Shown here: piece by piece, positions 1 through 9,241 of the stretch
Layout of the letters: each line of letters starts with the position of its first letter
Numbering within the stretch: the stretch's first letter is position 1
DNA from: an uncultured bacterium
Lineage (GTDB): Bacteria > Patescibacteriota > Minisyncoccia > UBA6257 > 2-01-FULL-56-20
Direction: 5' to 3'
DNA length: 43,867 nt
Assembly (NCBI GenBank): GCA_963830935.1
Contig: CAWHOC010000002.1
Location: forward strand, 1 to 43,867
Translations under genes and position numbers: made by a program
Notes under the pieces: model-generated
What the model saw: the letters and a program-made list of their open reading frames with translations, nothing else
Told to the model about the DNA's origin: nothing
The model's database searches: none

Positions 1-1
1 C

Positions 2-574
2 CCTGCCGAGGACGCCCGCCAACTCGATGGGCTTTGCGAGGAGCAGGACACCAAGGAGTTCCTGCCGGTCTCGTCGGAGGAGCTGACCGCGCACGGCCAC
101 TATCGCAGGGTCGTACAGTTCTGCGACGTGGTGGACGACCTCGCTGACATGCTGGAGCAGAAACACCTCGCCGACAGGAAGGGGCTTCGGCCGACCGCTG
201 GCAAGGGCTTCTATGGGCGTTACCTGCGTCTCCGGGGGGTTGGCGTCCTTCTGCTCTGCGATCTTCGCAAGTGGACGGACTACGCCTCCACGCCGCTTTG
301 GCTCTCGGTTCAAGGTCCGACTTTTCGGGAACCAAGCAAGGCAAAGGAGGTGTTGGCTCCGCTTGAACACAAAACTCCCCGCCGCATGTTTGTAGCCCGC
401 GACGGGTTTCCAATCGTCCCTCTGTTCGTTCGGAAGGGCGAAGAAAAGCCAGTCGTCCTGAAGCAGCTCATCGATCAGCTCGTCGAGGTCGGGAACTCGA
501 TCGCTCCCCTTGCTCGGGATGTTTCGACCGAGCAAGCCAGCGCGGTCCCGCCGGAATCCGAGCATCGAGGATGA
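2..574 (+). CDS. hypothetical protein, C-terminal part (frame open to the left window edge)
   Basis: Frame 2 has no stop from nt 2 to TGA 572-574. Third codon positions are GC-rich. No family recognised. Confidence 0.4.
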   Translation, partial: PAEDARQLDGLCEEQDTKEFLPVSSEELTAHGHYRRVVQFCDVVDDLADMLEQKHLADRKGLRPTAGKGFYGRYLRLRGVGVLLLCDLRKWTDYASTPLWLSVQGPTFREPSKAKEVLAPLEHKTPRRMFVARDGFPIVPLFVRKGEEKPVVLKQLIDQLVEVGNSIAPLARDVSTEQASAVPPESEHRG

Positions 575-1034
575 GCGCTCGCGCCCGGCTTCTCGGTGAC
601 CTGCTCGCTCGTCCGTGCTGTCGCTCAGCGTCGGCGAATTTCGCCGCCTTGACAGTTCACGGACGACCCCGCACCTCCGTCACCCGTGACATCGTGGTCA
701 CGACGGCCGAGATCGAGGTCGAGCACGACGAGCCCCGCCGTTTGGCCGCCAGCCGACGGGATGAGAGCCAGAGGGCAGCCCTAGGGGAGATCGCGGCGAT
801 GGGGCGGGCCTGCTCCGCGAGCTGACCGGGCGGCCGACCCACTCCATCCCAGAGACTATACGAGCCGTGGCGCAAATGGTCGCCTTAGCGGAGCGCAGCG
901 TCGATGGTCACGTGGAGTAGGGTCTCCGTCGACGCCAGTACCGAAGCTCGGTACGCTGCTTGACCCTCACGGCGACTGCGCGCAACAGAAGGTAGACATC
1001 ATTGTCCCCGTCATCGTCGCGACGCGCGCCGACT

Positions 1035-1586
1035 TCACGATGCACCCTTGGCTGTTGAGATAAACGGCGTTCTCATCGGCAGCACGGTCATTGCACACCA
1101 CAACCACCCCTCGCAACCGGTCTTTCCAGCCCCGGTGGTGTGGCTGACGCTACATTGCACCATCAACTGCCTGTGGCCCTCTGCCGCCATTCGCCTCTTG
1201 TACTCCTCGTCGCGCCTCGCTTGTTCCGCCTCCTCTTTCCTTCTGAGCCTATCCACTTGAGGATAAATCTTTTGCCGTGTTTCCTGAATTTGGCGCAACA
1301 AACTTGCCCACGAGTCCGTCGCCTCTACGCCGCTACCACGCACGTCTTCCAGGTCTCGTTCCGCCGAGTCCAAGCGTGCATCGGCGCCGAGAAAGTCAGC
1401 CGCCTTCACCTTCCCGGCCGCGTCTTGGAGCTTCGTAACGATCTCGTTCTGAATTTTCGGCCACGCCACCACCTTTGCCTGGATTGCACTGGCCCGCGTC
1501 ACCATCTCCGAGGTCTCCCGTTCACTCCGAGCCTTCTCAGCTAATGTCGTTCTTCGTCGCAAGAGTGCGAGTTTTGCGGTCGCCAA
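1035..1586 (-). CDS. hypothetical charged/coiled-coil protein
   Basis: 183-aa ORF in the track. The central part is E/R/K/Q-rich and helical-looking. No recognisable motif. Confidence 0.3.
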   Translation of the reverse strand: MATAKLALLRRRTTLAEKARSERETSEMVTRASAIQAKVVAWPKIQNEIVTKLQDAAGKVKAADFLGADARLDSAERDLEDVRGSGVEATDSWASLLRQIQETRQKIYPQVDRLRRKEEAEQARRDEEYKRRMAAEGHRQLMVQCSVSHTTGAGKTGCEGWLWCAMTVLPMRTPFISTAKGAS

Positions 1587-1629
1587 CTTGGACCCCGCTT
1601 CCGCCCTTGTTGAAATCCGCTAACGTCTT

Positions 1630-2487
1630 TTAGGTTGACTCGCAGGCCCTTCTCGGGTGTGGCCCCGTTGCACGCCCTATCCGCCACGTCCCGAGTGGCC
1701 GAGCAAAGATGGACGGAGCGTCCCCGATCTCGGCGTGGAACATGCCTGGGATGAGCACCCTGTAGCCGTCACCGGGAAGGCTCGAGAACACGTCCCTAGT
1801 GCTGTTCTCCTGCTCACGGATGGCCGATGGCGTCCAGCCCTCGAGGAGCTTCGTCTCCGGTGTTGCGCTGATCCACATCGCGGGTTGCTGCAAGCCCGAG
1901 CGAACGACGTCCGGGGGCGCGGCGACGTCGAGCATGAGGCAGCATTGAAAGCGGTGATCCAATCGACACGCTTCGGCCGCGGCGATGCCGCCCAGAGAGG
2001 ACCCGAAGATCCCTACGTGTTGCAGGTCCAGTCGTCCGGTGAGCAACCGGGCGGGATTGCCGCTGTCGAGCGACGAGAGCTGGTTCAGGGTGAACACCGC
2101 GTCCTGCCCCAGACTGTCGAACACTTCGAGTATGAAGGTATCGTCGACGACGTGCTCGTCGAGCATGGATGCGGCCACGCGCGGGTCGAGCACGACGTGG
2201 CGCCCGTCGGGAAAGACCACGTCCGCCACCGTGCCGGGGTGATCGATCCCCACGACGACGTAACCGTGCGAAACGAGCTCCTCGACCTGGAACGTGCTGT
2301 TTTGACGATAGCCGCCCCGACCCGGCGAGAAGACCAGCACCGGGAAGCGCGTCGGGGCCGCGGCCATCGAGGCAGACGGCTGGGCGTTCGTCGCGACGTA
2401 CTCGAGGTGGTCGAGGAAGAATCGGGGGAGGTGACCCAGACGGTTCAGCGCGTCGAAATTGGTCCCGGGCGCAGCTAAGCGGTGCTA
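1630..2487 (-). CDS. alpha/beta-fold serine hydrolase (PAF-acetylhydrolase/lipase-like), apparently 5'-truncated
   Basis: Has the GSSLGG nucleophile elbow (GxSxG) and a PVLVFSPGRGG strand typical of this fold. The first ATG is at 2367, but the frame stays open upstream to TAG 2485-2487 with no start codon. The N-terminal region expected for the family is missing. Confidence 0.55.
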
Positions 2488-2607
2488 CGATTCCCGCAGT
2501 TGGGGGCCGCTGCCCGCGAACGATATCGTGGGCCTCGTTCGTTTCCGCCTCTGGCCCGTGAACGCCATCCAGATGTTCAGCGCTCCGAAATATCAGTAGC
2601 GATCATC

Positions 2608-3932
2608 ATGCCCACACCTAAACAAGAAAAAGAAAAACCTAGGGAACCTAAGGAGGTGGTGCGCACCTTCCAGTCCGCGAAGGGGATGCACGACGTCCTG
2701 CCCTCGGACGAACCGTATTGGGAAAAAATAGAGAGCGTGGCGCGACTCGCTCGCGACGGCGTATGGATTTTCGCGGATCGAACCGCCGATTTTGGAATTC
2801 GCAGAGCTCTATAATAAGACGTCCGGCGAGGAGAGCGACGTGGTGCAGAAGGAGATGTATACCTTGAAGACCAAGGGCGGCGATTTCCTGGCGCTCCGCC
2901 CGGAGTACACGCCGGGCATCTCTCGCGCGTATATGCAGCACGGCCTCTCGCGCCTCGGCCCGCCGCAGAAGCTCTTTGCGATGGGCCCGCTCTTCCGCCA
3001 CGAGCGTCCCCAGCTCGGCCGCCTGCGGCAGTTCACCCAGATCAATCTTGAGACGCTGGGCGGCGTGAACGATCCCATCTACGATGCGGAGATCATCGCG
3101 TTCTTTTGGGATCTGCTGAACGAGCTCAAGATCAAAGGACTCGCTCGTCAAGATCAACTCCATCGGATGCCGCATCTGCCGCCCGATCTATAAGAAGCAG
3201 CTCACCACGTATTATAAGAACCACGAAAAGGAGCTCTGCGAGGATTGTGAGCGCCGGCTGAAGGTAAATCCGCTCAAGCTGCTCGATTGCAAAGAGCCGG
3301 GATGCATCGCGCTCAAGGAGAAAGCGCCGAACTTCCTCGACAAGATCTGCGTGATGTGCAGCACGCACTTCAAATCCGTTTTGGAATATCTGGATGAGGT
3401 GAACATCCCGTACGAGCTTGACCACCACCTGGTGCGCGGGCTGGATTACTACAGCCGCACCGTGTTCGAGATGTATGCGGAAGGGAACGAGGCGCAGATC
3501 GGCGCGCTTCCCGCCGGCGGGCGCTACGATTACCTGATGGAAACGATCGGCGGCCATCTGACGCCCGCCGTCGGCGGCGCGTGCGGCGTGGAGCGGCTGA
3601 TCGCCGTCATGCGCGCGAAGGAGATCACATTCAACGGGAAGTCGAGCAAGCGCGTTTTCCTCGCGCACGCGGGCGACCTCGCAAAGAAGAAAGCGTTCGC
3701 CATTTTGAAGGACCTCCGCGGCCGCGGATTTCTCGTCTCCGAATCGCTCGCGAAAGAATCGCTCGCGGCACAGCTTAAGGTGGCGGACCGGGAGGGGATC
3801 GCGCTCGCGCTGATCCTTGGCCAGAAGGAGATCTACGAGAACAGCATCATCGTCCGCGACCTCGTGAACGGCCTGCAGGAGGCGGTGCCGCTCGAGAAGC
3901 TCGCGGACGAGATCAAAAAGCGCCAAAAATGA
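2608..3932 (+). CDS. hisS: histidine--tRNA ligase; two +1 frameshifts as written (~2760, ~3147)
   Basis: Class II aaRS/HisRS motifs are spread over frames 1, 2 and 3: GMHDVLP; YGFSRIEPPILEFAELY; KEMYTLKTKGGDFLALRPEYTPG; GPLFRHERPQLGRLRQFTQ; VKINSIGCRICRP; LVRGLDYYSRTVFE; GGRYDYL; anticodon-binding C-terminus. Confidence 0.9.
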
Positions 3933-3947
3933 AGGAAAACCAACCAC

Positions 3948-3975
3948 TTGACTATTAGGCCGATAATGGTATAAT
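3948..3975 (+). promoter_or_regulatory. sigma70-like promoter (TTGACT-N16-TATAAT with TGn extension)
   Basis: TTGACT at 3948-3953 and TATAAT at 3970-3975, preceded by TGG. Lies just upstream of the PP2C gene ATG at 3984. Confidence 0.45.
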
Positions 3976-3983
3976 ACTTGCAT

Positions 3984-5087
3984 ATGGTAGAAAAGCCCAA
4001 GCTGGAAGTGGAATCCAAAAGAAGTCGCAAAATCAAAGGCTCTGAATCGGCTCCAGGGGAGAAGATCCGTGCGATGGGGTTTAATGGCGAAATAGTCGGT
4101 GGTTGGAAAGTTATGCATCGCGGGAAAAAAGGACAGTGGGTGCTCGAGCGAACGGATGAGAATGGAGAAAAGTTGAAAAAGACGATCTCGGATGAAGAGC
4201 GTCTTTTATGGAATCCGGAACCCGTCGCCGTTCCGGAAGCGGAAAGCGAAGCCGTAGCTACACCAGTAGCGGAGGAAGATGTCGCTGCCCCCATCGAACG
4301 CGAAACGAATTCCAATGAGTTCGTCAGAGAATATGGCTCGGTAAGCCGTGCCGCAAGCAAGGAATCCCATGAAAAAAATGAGGACAGAATTTTAGCGCGA
4401 CCCGAAGATGGGTTCTTCGGTGTTTTTGATGGCATGGGAGGGCACGCTGGAGGGGAAAGGGCATCCGAATTGGCCAAAGCGACCATCGAGAAAAAGTTAA
4501 AGGAGTTGCCCAAAGACATGGACGCGAAGCAAGCGAAAGATGCCTTATGGGCCATTCTCAACGAAGCAAATCAGGCGGTTCTCGATGAGCAGAAAAGGGA
4601 TCCTCAATTAAAAGAAATGGGAACCACGGCCTCTTTGGTCAAGCTGATTTCCGACGGCGAAAAACAGTTTGCGGTAATAGTTACGGTTGGAGATAGCCCA
4701 GTGTATGTCGTCAGGAAAAACGGCGCGGACGGCGAGTTGGAATGCATGGGGATTGATAACGACATGTTGGGCGTCACGATGCCGGGAAGCCCGAGGGAAA
4801 TCAAGGAAGCGGATGCCCGACTGGCAAATGTCAAAACAATCGAAGATTACGCTAAGTTGGAGGATCACGAAAGAGATGCATTCGACCGGAGAAATGTGCT
4901 GGTAAACGGTCCTGTCGGTAGTAGTTATATGCTTCCGGAAGATTATCTGGTGCAGGTGGAGCCAGGAGATAGGATCGTGATCGCCTCGGATGGCATCACG
5001 GACAATCTTACCCGCGAGCGCATTGCTCAAATTGTCGGGAATCATTATTCCGAACGCTTCCGAGGCGTCCCAAATGTTAGCGAATGA
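3984..5087 (+). CDS. PP2C-family Ser/Thr protein phosphatase with an N-terminal extension
   Basis: PP2C motifs: FGVFDGMGGHAGGERAS, MGTTASL, VGDSPVY, IASDGITDNL. The track ORF starts at TTG 3978; the first ATG is at 3984. Confidence 0.8.
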   Translation: MVEKPKLEVESKRSRKIKGSESAPGEKIRAMGFNGEIVGGWKVMHRGKKGQWVLERTDENGEKLKKTISDEERLLWNPEPVAVPEAESEAVATPVAEEDVAAPIERETNSNEFVREYGSVSRAASKESHEKNEDRILARPEDGFFGVFDGMGGHAGGERASELAKATIEKKLKELPKDMDAKQAKDALWAILNEANQAVLDEQKRDPQLKEMGTTASLVKLISDGEKQFAVIVTVGDSPVYVVRKNGADGELECMGIDNDMLGVTMPGSPREIKEADARLANVKTIEDYAKLEDHERDAFDRRNVLVNGPVGSSYMLPEDYLVQVEPGDRIVIASDGITDNLTRERIAQIVGNHYSERFRGVPNVSE

Positions 5088-7456
5088 GGCGCAAGAGGTC
5101 GCCGAGTCAATTGAAATCTCCGGAGTATAAGAAATTCAGACAAGACAAGCAAGAATTTCCCGGGCGAAACATCCGGGCGAAGGATGATGACATGAGCACC
5201 ATCGTCATTGAGGTGGGCGAAGCGAAAAAGCCGGCCGAAACGCCGCCCCCGGCCGCTCCGGCTCCGGAAAAATCAAAATCCCGGTATGATTTTTGGACAC
5301 CGGGTATTAAGACCCAAGCTGAACCAAATCCCGCCGCGGAAAAACCTGTCGCTGAACCGACGCCGACGCTGGAGCCGCAGCCCGAACAGAAAGAAAAACT
5401 TCCCACGCTCGACGAGGCGCGCGCGGCATACGCAAAAGCGCATCGGGAATATCGCGAGGCGAATAAACGCAGCATTGCATCGATGCTCAATATCGGCGGC
5501 GACACATCCGCAATATCAGAGGCGCGCGCGGCGTATGACGCGGCGTTGAAGGCCGCCACGCATGCGGAACGGGAAAAGCTCACGGCAGAGAGCGAGGATA
5601 TAATGGAATCAAAAGATAAGGACCCATTAAAGTGGCGTTCTTCGGAAAATATAAATCGGGCACTTTTTGATAAATTCGTCGTTGACGAAGAGCGCAAGAT
5701 GGCGGGGTTAAAGATCTCGGAAATGCCCGAGCAGAAGCAGGGCATGCTTAAGAAGGCATGGACGGCATACGCGCGTCTGAAACCCTGGCAGAAGATCGCG
5801 CTCTCCACGGCGATCGGTACCGGCGCCTTCGCCGCTTCCGGAGTGGTCGCCGGATCCGCCATTCTTTACTATGCCGGCAGGCGTATCGTTGTTTCGGCCG
5901 GTGCGATCAAGGCAGCCCCGGTGATCATGAAAGGGATCGGGGCCGTGACCACGCTTGGGTACGAGGCATACGATAGGACATTGGGAAGAAAGAATACGAA
6001 GGAATATCAAATTGGCTCATTGCTCGCGAAGCGCGAAGGGGAGATTGCCGAATGCCTCGACGACATGCGCCTTAAATACGGTGACATTCTGGGGAAAGAG
6101 GCAGACCGTGAAAAGAAGCGGATGTATCTGAAGATCGCGATCGCCGCCGCAGTCGGCGTGGGTGCGGCGGGGTTGGCCGCTCACTATGTCCCGTCTGGCG
6201 GTGGTGGGGTGGAACATCATGTTCCTACAGGAGGGAAGCCGCTGGTGCCCGGCCATGCCACGCCCGATCATCCATCGGGTGCCCATCCAGCGGAGACACC
6301 GTCCGCGCCCAAGACAGTCGATCACCCCGCGAACGCTCCGGCGCATCCGGCCGAGACACCGCCACCATCACCTAAAGTCCCGGAACAACACGCATCCGCG
6401 CCCGCACCGGCAGCCGTATCAGTGGAACACCCTCCGATCGAGGTGCACAAAGGTGATTCGTTGTGGGAGATCACCGCAAAGGAACTTCAAAAAGATCCGG
6501 CATTTGATAAATTGAACGACGCGCAGAAGACGTGGATGATCAGCGACATCGTGGACCGCGCCGAGGCCCATAAAGCCGCGCTTGGCATTGCGAATCCTGA
6601 CGCGCTCGCCGTTGGAGAGAAGATCGACCTTTCGAGCGTTCTGAAGAGCGGTGACATCCATAGCTTGGTAGAGAAGGCGGGACACCTCACCGCCGCTCAG
6701 CAAGAACACATCCTTGCAAATAATCACGAGATATCAGCGTGGCTCCACGCGCATCCGCACGAGCAGCTGACCGGTGCGCGCGTCAATGAGATATTACATG
6801 GACACACGCCGGATCACCCGGAGATAACGACCGTGCAGCCGCCGGACGTGGACAATGCGATCCCACTGCAGCACCTGGAAAATTTCAAACTCGCCCCACA
6901 GCACGTGCAGGTCGGCAACATCGCGGAACAGATCCATAGAATGCCGTACAACCCGGAACATGGTCAGCAGCTCCTCGAACGCATTGACAGCATGGACCGG
7001 ATCCCGCCCCCGGAGATGCGGCAACTCTTCCTCGTCGCCGCGGAAAGGGTCGGAGATCATCACCCCATGTTCGTCGATATGAATAATGTTATGGAAGTGC
7101 ACCGCCGGATGAGGGATTATCTCGTCTCATATCCGAGGGCCCGTGATTTTGGATTCCATTCATACGACCACTGGGCGAGGGTAAGGGATGTCCCCGTGCA
7201 CAGGTTCGCGGAGGATACGATGATCTCGCCGCGTCCGGAAGCCATGCAATCGGCGCTCAGGCACTCGTTCTTCCATCGCGGCGCGAGCGTCCACGAAATG
7301 CAGGGTGACGCGCTGCGCAGGGTTCCGCTCGAGGAACGGCATGCGAACCTCGGCAGGGCGATCCGGGGAAACTCGGATCTCGTGCGCAGGGCGCCCGCGA
7401 CCACGACCGTGGGGGATTTCGTCGCGACGCATCATGGCGCGATAGGGAGAAAATGA
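5084..7456 (+). CDS. large membrane protein with Pro/Ala-rich linkers and a LysM-like segment; function unknown
   Basis: 790-aa uninterrupted ORF. Hydrophobic segments (ALSTAIGTGAFAASGVVAGSAILYYAG; IAIAAAVGVGAAGLAAHYV), proline-rich stretches, and a HKGDSLWEITAKEL...VGEKIDLS LysM-like stretch. An alternative start is ATG 5192. Confidence 0.6.
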   Translation: MRRKRSPSQLKSPEYKKFRQDKQEFPGRNIRAKDDDMSTIVIEVGEAKKPAETPPPAAPAPEKSKSRYDFWTPGIKTQAEPNPAAEKPVAEPTPTLEPQPEQKEKLPTLDEARAAYAKAHREYREANKRSIASMLNIGGDTSAISEARAAYDAALKAATHAEREKLTAESEDIMESKDKDPLKWRSSENINRALFDKFVVDEERKMAGLKISEMPEQKQGMLKKAWTAYARLKPWQKIALSTAIGTGAFAASGVVAGSAILYYAGRRIVVSAGAIKAAPVIMKGIGAVTTLGYEAYDRTLGRKNTKEYQIGSLLAKREGEIAECLDDMRLKYGDILGKEADREKKRMYLKIAIAAAVGVGAAGLAAHYVPSGGGGVEHHVPTGGKPLVPGHATPDHPSGAHPAETPSAPKTVDHPANAPAHPAETPPPSPKVPEQHASAPAPAAVSVEHPPIEVHKGDSLWEITAKELQKDPAFDKLNDAQKTWMISDIVDRAEAHKAALGIANPDALAVGEKIDLSSVLKSGDIHSLVEKAGHLTAAQQEHILANNHEISAWLHAHPHEQLTGARVNEILHGHTPDHPEITTVQPPDVDNAIPLQHLENFKLAPQHVQVGNIAEQIHRMPYNPEHGQQLLERIDSMDRIPPPEMRQLFLVAAERVGDHHPMFVDMNNVMEVHRRMRDYLVSYPRARDFGFHSYDHWARVRDVPVHRFAEDTMISPRPEAMQSALRHSFFHRGASVHEMQGDALRRVPLEERHANLGRAIRGNSDLVRRAPATTTVGDFVATHHGAIGRK

Positions 7457-7468
7457 TATACTCATTTC

Positions 7469-7780
7469 ATGAACACTATGAACGATGAATTGATGAAAAG
7501 CTTGGGCCTGGATGCGTTGCCTCCGGAGGAGAAGGCCACGATGATGGAAAAGTTCGCCGACACGCTGTTCCAGGCGGTCATGGTTCGCGGGCTGGAGCTT
7601 TTGCCGGAAGATAAGAAAGATCTTCTGGACGAGGAGATAAAAAAGAGCCCGGAGAGCGCGCAGGACGTCCTGATGGATTTTTTTATGGTGAACATCCCAA
7701 ACTTCCAGTCGGTCGTGGACGAAGAGGTAAAGCGGATCAAGGATCGGGTGGCGGACGTGGTGGGCAAGCCCACGGCATAG
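7469..7780 (+). CDS. small acidic helical protein, hypothetical (resembles a Parcubacteria-type DUF, recalled only)
   Basis: 103-aa ORF with clean intergenic spacing. No catalytic motif. Confidence 0.5.
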   Translation: MNTMNDELMKSLGLDALPPEEKATMMEKFADTLFQAVMVRGLELLPEDKKDLLDEEIKKSPESAQDVLMDFFMVNIPNFQSVVDEEVKRIKDRVADVVGKPTA

Positions 7781-7823
7781 GCACCGCTTGCAAAACCTTC
7801 ACCCTCCCTTTATACTGTCTTCC

Positions 7824-8039
7824 ATGGCAATAGAAGCACGGAAGAAAGAAGGGGAGTCGGGGCAGTCGCTTTTGTATACCTTCACCCGCAAAGTGAAGCG
7901 GAGCGGCATCGTCAAAGAGGTGCGTCATCGCAAGTTTCACACGCGGACGATCAGCCGCATCAAACGCCGCTCCTCGGCGATCCATCGCGAGGAAAAGAAA
8001 GCCGATGTGGAACGCCAGAAGAAGCTTGGACTCATTTAG
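7824..8039 (+). CDS. rpsU: 30S ribosomal protein bS21
   Basis: MAIEARKKEGESGQSLLYTFTRKVKRSGIVKEVRHRKFHTRTISRIKRR matches the S21 pattern (basic; V.V...E....AL.RF.R....GI..E.R.R.F). ATG at 7824 lies inside the 7788 track ORF. Confidence 0.75.
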   Translation: MAIEARKKEGESGQSLLYTFTRKVKRSGIVKEVRHRKFHTRTISRIKRRSSAIHREEKKADVERQKKLGLI

Positions 8040-8073
8040 CGCCGCGCGTTCGGATATTTACCACTCGCCTTCA

Positions 8074-8523
8074 ATGGCACTCTTCCAAAAAATCAACGAC
8101 GATATGAAGGCCGCCATGAAGAGCGGCGATAAAGCACGCCTCGACGTGCTTCGTTTTACGCTCGCCAGTTTGAATCCCGCGCAGAAGGAAAAGGCGTTGA
8201 AGGATCCGCAGGCAATACTGAGCGACGAGGAGGTGGTAACGATCCTCCAAAAAGAAGCGAAGAAGCGCAAGGACTCGATCGAACTTTTTAAGCAAGGAAA
8301 GCGTGACGATCTCGTCGCCAAAGAAGAGGGCGATCTTAAAGTGATCTATGAATATTTACCCGCGGCGCTTTCCCGCGAGGAAGTGGTTGTGATGGTAGCA
8401 GCGGCCAAAGCAAGTGGTGCGAATGATTTCAGTTCGATCATGAAAGAAGTGATGAAGCTGGCAAAGGGCCGCGCCGACGGAAAGATGGTAGGAGACGTGA
8501 TCCGCGATGTGGAACGAGCGTAA
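8074..8523 (+). CDS. yqeY: GatB/YqeY domain protein
   Basis: MALFQKINDDMKAAMKSGDK..LDVLRF...KKRKDSIELFKQGKRDDLVAKEEGDLKVIYEYLP...GRADGKMV is the typical YqeY pattern. ATG at 8074. Confidence 0.8.
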   Translation: MALFQKINDDMKAAMKSGDKARLDVLRFTLASLNPAQKEKALKDPQAILSDEEVVTILQKEAKKRKDSIELFKQGKRDDLVAKEEGDLKVIYEYLPAALSREEVVVMVAAAKASGANDFSSIMKEVMKLAKGRADGKMVGDVIRDVERA

Positions 8524-8878
8524 ACTTTCGCGCCTGGCGCAAAAGATTTTGAAAACGCTCAAGGTCCGGAGCGCGACGTTGGATATCATTCTGCTCGACA
8601 ACGTGAAAATGGCCGCGCTCAAGACGCGGTTTATAAAGAAGAAGACCGAGCCGAACGTCCTCTCATTCCCCGAGCCCGCGCACTTTCCGCATCCCGAAAC
8701 GAAAAAGCGCTATCTAGGTGAGATCTATCTGAATCGCGATATTTTAAAGAAATCACCGGAACGAACGAAGGCGTTGCTGCTGCACGGCGTACTGCATTTG
8801 CTGGGATACGACCATAAAAAAAAGATGGATATCGTAAAGATGGAAGGTTTGGAGAAAAAGATATTAGGAAAAATATAA
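8507..8878 (+). CDS. ybeY: rRNA maturation endoribonuclease YbeY
   Basis: Zinc-binding HGVLHLLGYDH motif, LGEIYL, about 120 aa. Overlaps the yqeY end by 17 nt. Confidence 0.85.
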   Translation: MWNERKLSRLAQKILKTLKVRSATLDIILLDNVKMAALKTRFIKKKTEPNVLSFPEPAHFPHPETKKRYLGEIYLNRDILKKSPERTKALLLHGVLHLLGYDHKKKMDIVKMEGLEKKILGKI

Positions 8879-8888
8879 GCAAGAAAAC

Positions 8889-8916
8889 AAAAAATCGCTC
8901 TTTGAGCGATTTTTTG
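8889..8916 (+). terminator. rho-independent terminator after ybeY
   Basis: aaaaatcgctc-tttg-agcgattttt hairpin followed by a T-run. Confidence 0.7.
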
Positions 8917-9011
8917 TTTGATGGTGCTTGCGGCACCACGCCAGATTGCCACCTTGATATCCATAGTACTCGGATCTCTATGGACGTCAAGTCCAGGATT
9001 CTCGCCAACGT

Positions 9012-9082
9012 TGACCGGTGGGGAGTCGAACCCCAAACTTCCAGGTAGCAATCTGGCTATGATACCGTTTCACCACCGGCCC
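9012..9082 (-). tRNA. tRNA gene with irregular cloverleaf (possibly tRNA-Ala UGC; isotype uncertain)
   Basis: Minus strand reads GGGCCGG TG GTGA AACGGTA TCAT A GCCAG ATTGCTAC CTGGA AGTT TGGGG TTCGACT CCCCA CCGGTCA. The T-arm and D-arm are good and there is a G3:U70 pair. The anticodon loop is 8 nt as written and position 1:72 is G:A. Confidence 0.55.
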
Positions 9083-9241
9083 TTTCGTCGTTGGCTCCGC
9101 CACTATAACATAAGTGCCATTAAAACTATTTTAAAAAAACATCAAGCTGGAACTGTGAAAGACTTGCGAACGATCATCTGCTGGAGGCGGTAGCTTTGCA
9201 CAGTTCCTTTTGTGATGCTTTTCGTGATAAAATGAGAGCAT

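Noticed and set aside
571-825. 84-aa ORF overlapping the stop of the first CDS (ATGA).
   Set aside because: The sequence is Arg/Ala-rich and low in complexity, with an equally long antisense ORF (657-875). Evidence is insufficient to call it.
9012-9082. Idea that the 8-nt-anticodon-loop tRNA decodes quadruplets and naturally suppresses the many +1 frameshifts in this contig.
   Set aside because: An expanded UGCU/UUGC anticodon would read AGCA or GCAA. The two hisS shift sites (around gacggcgtatgg and ctcgctcgtcaag) and the other sites inspected do not contain these quadruplets. The shifts go in both directions and several sit in homopolymers, so consensus indel error fits better.
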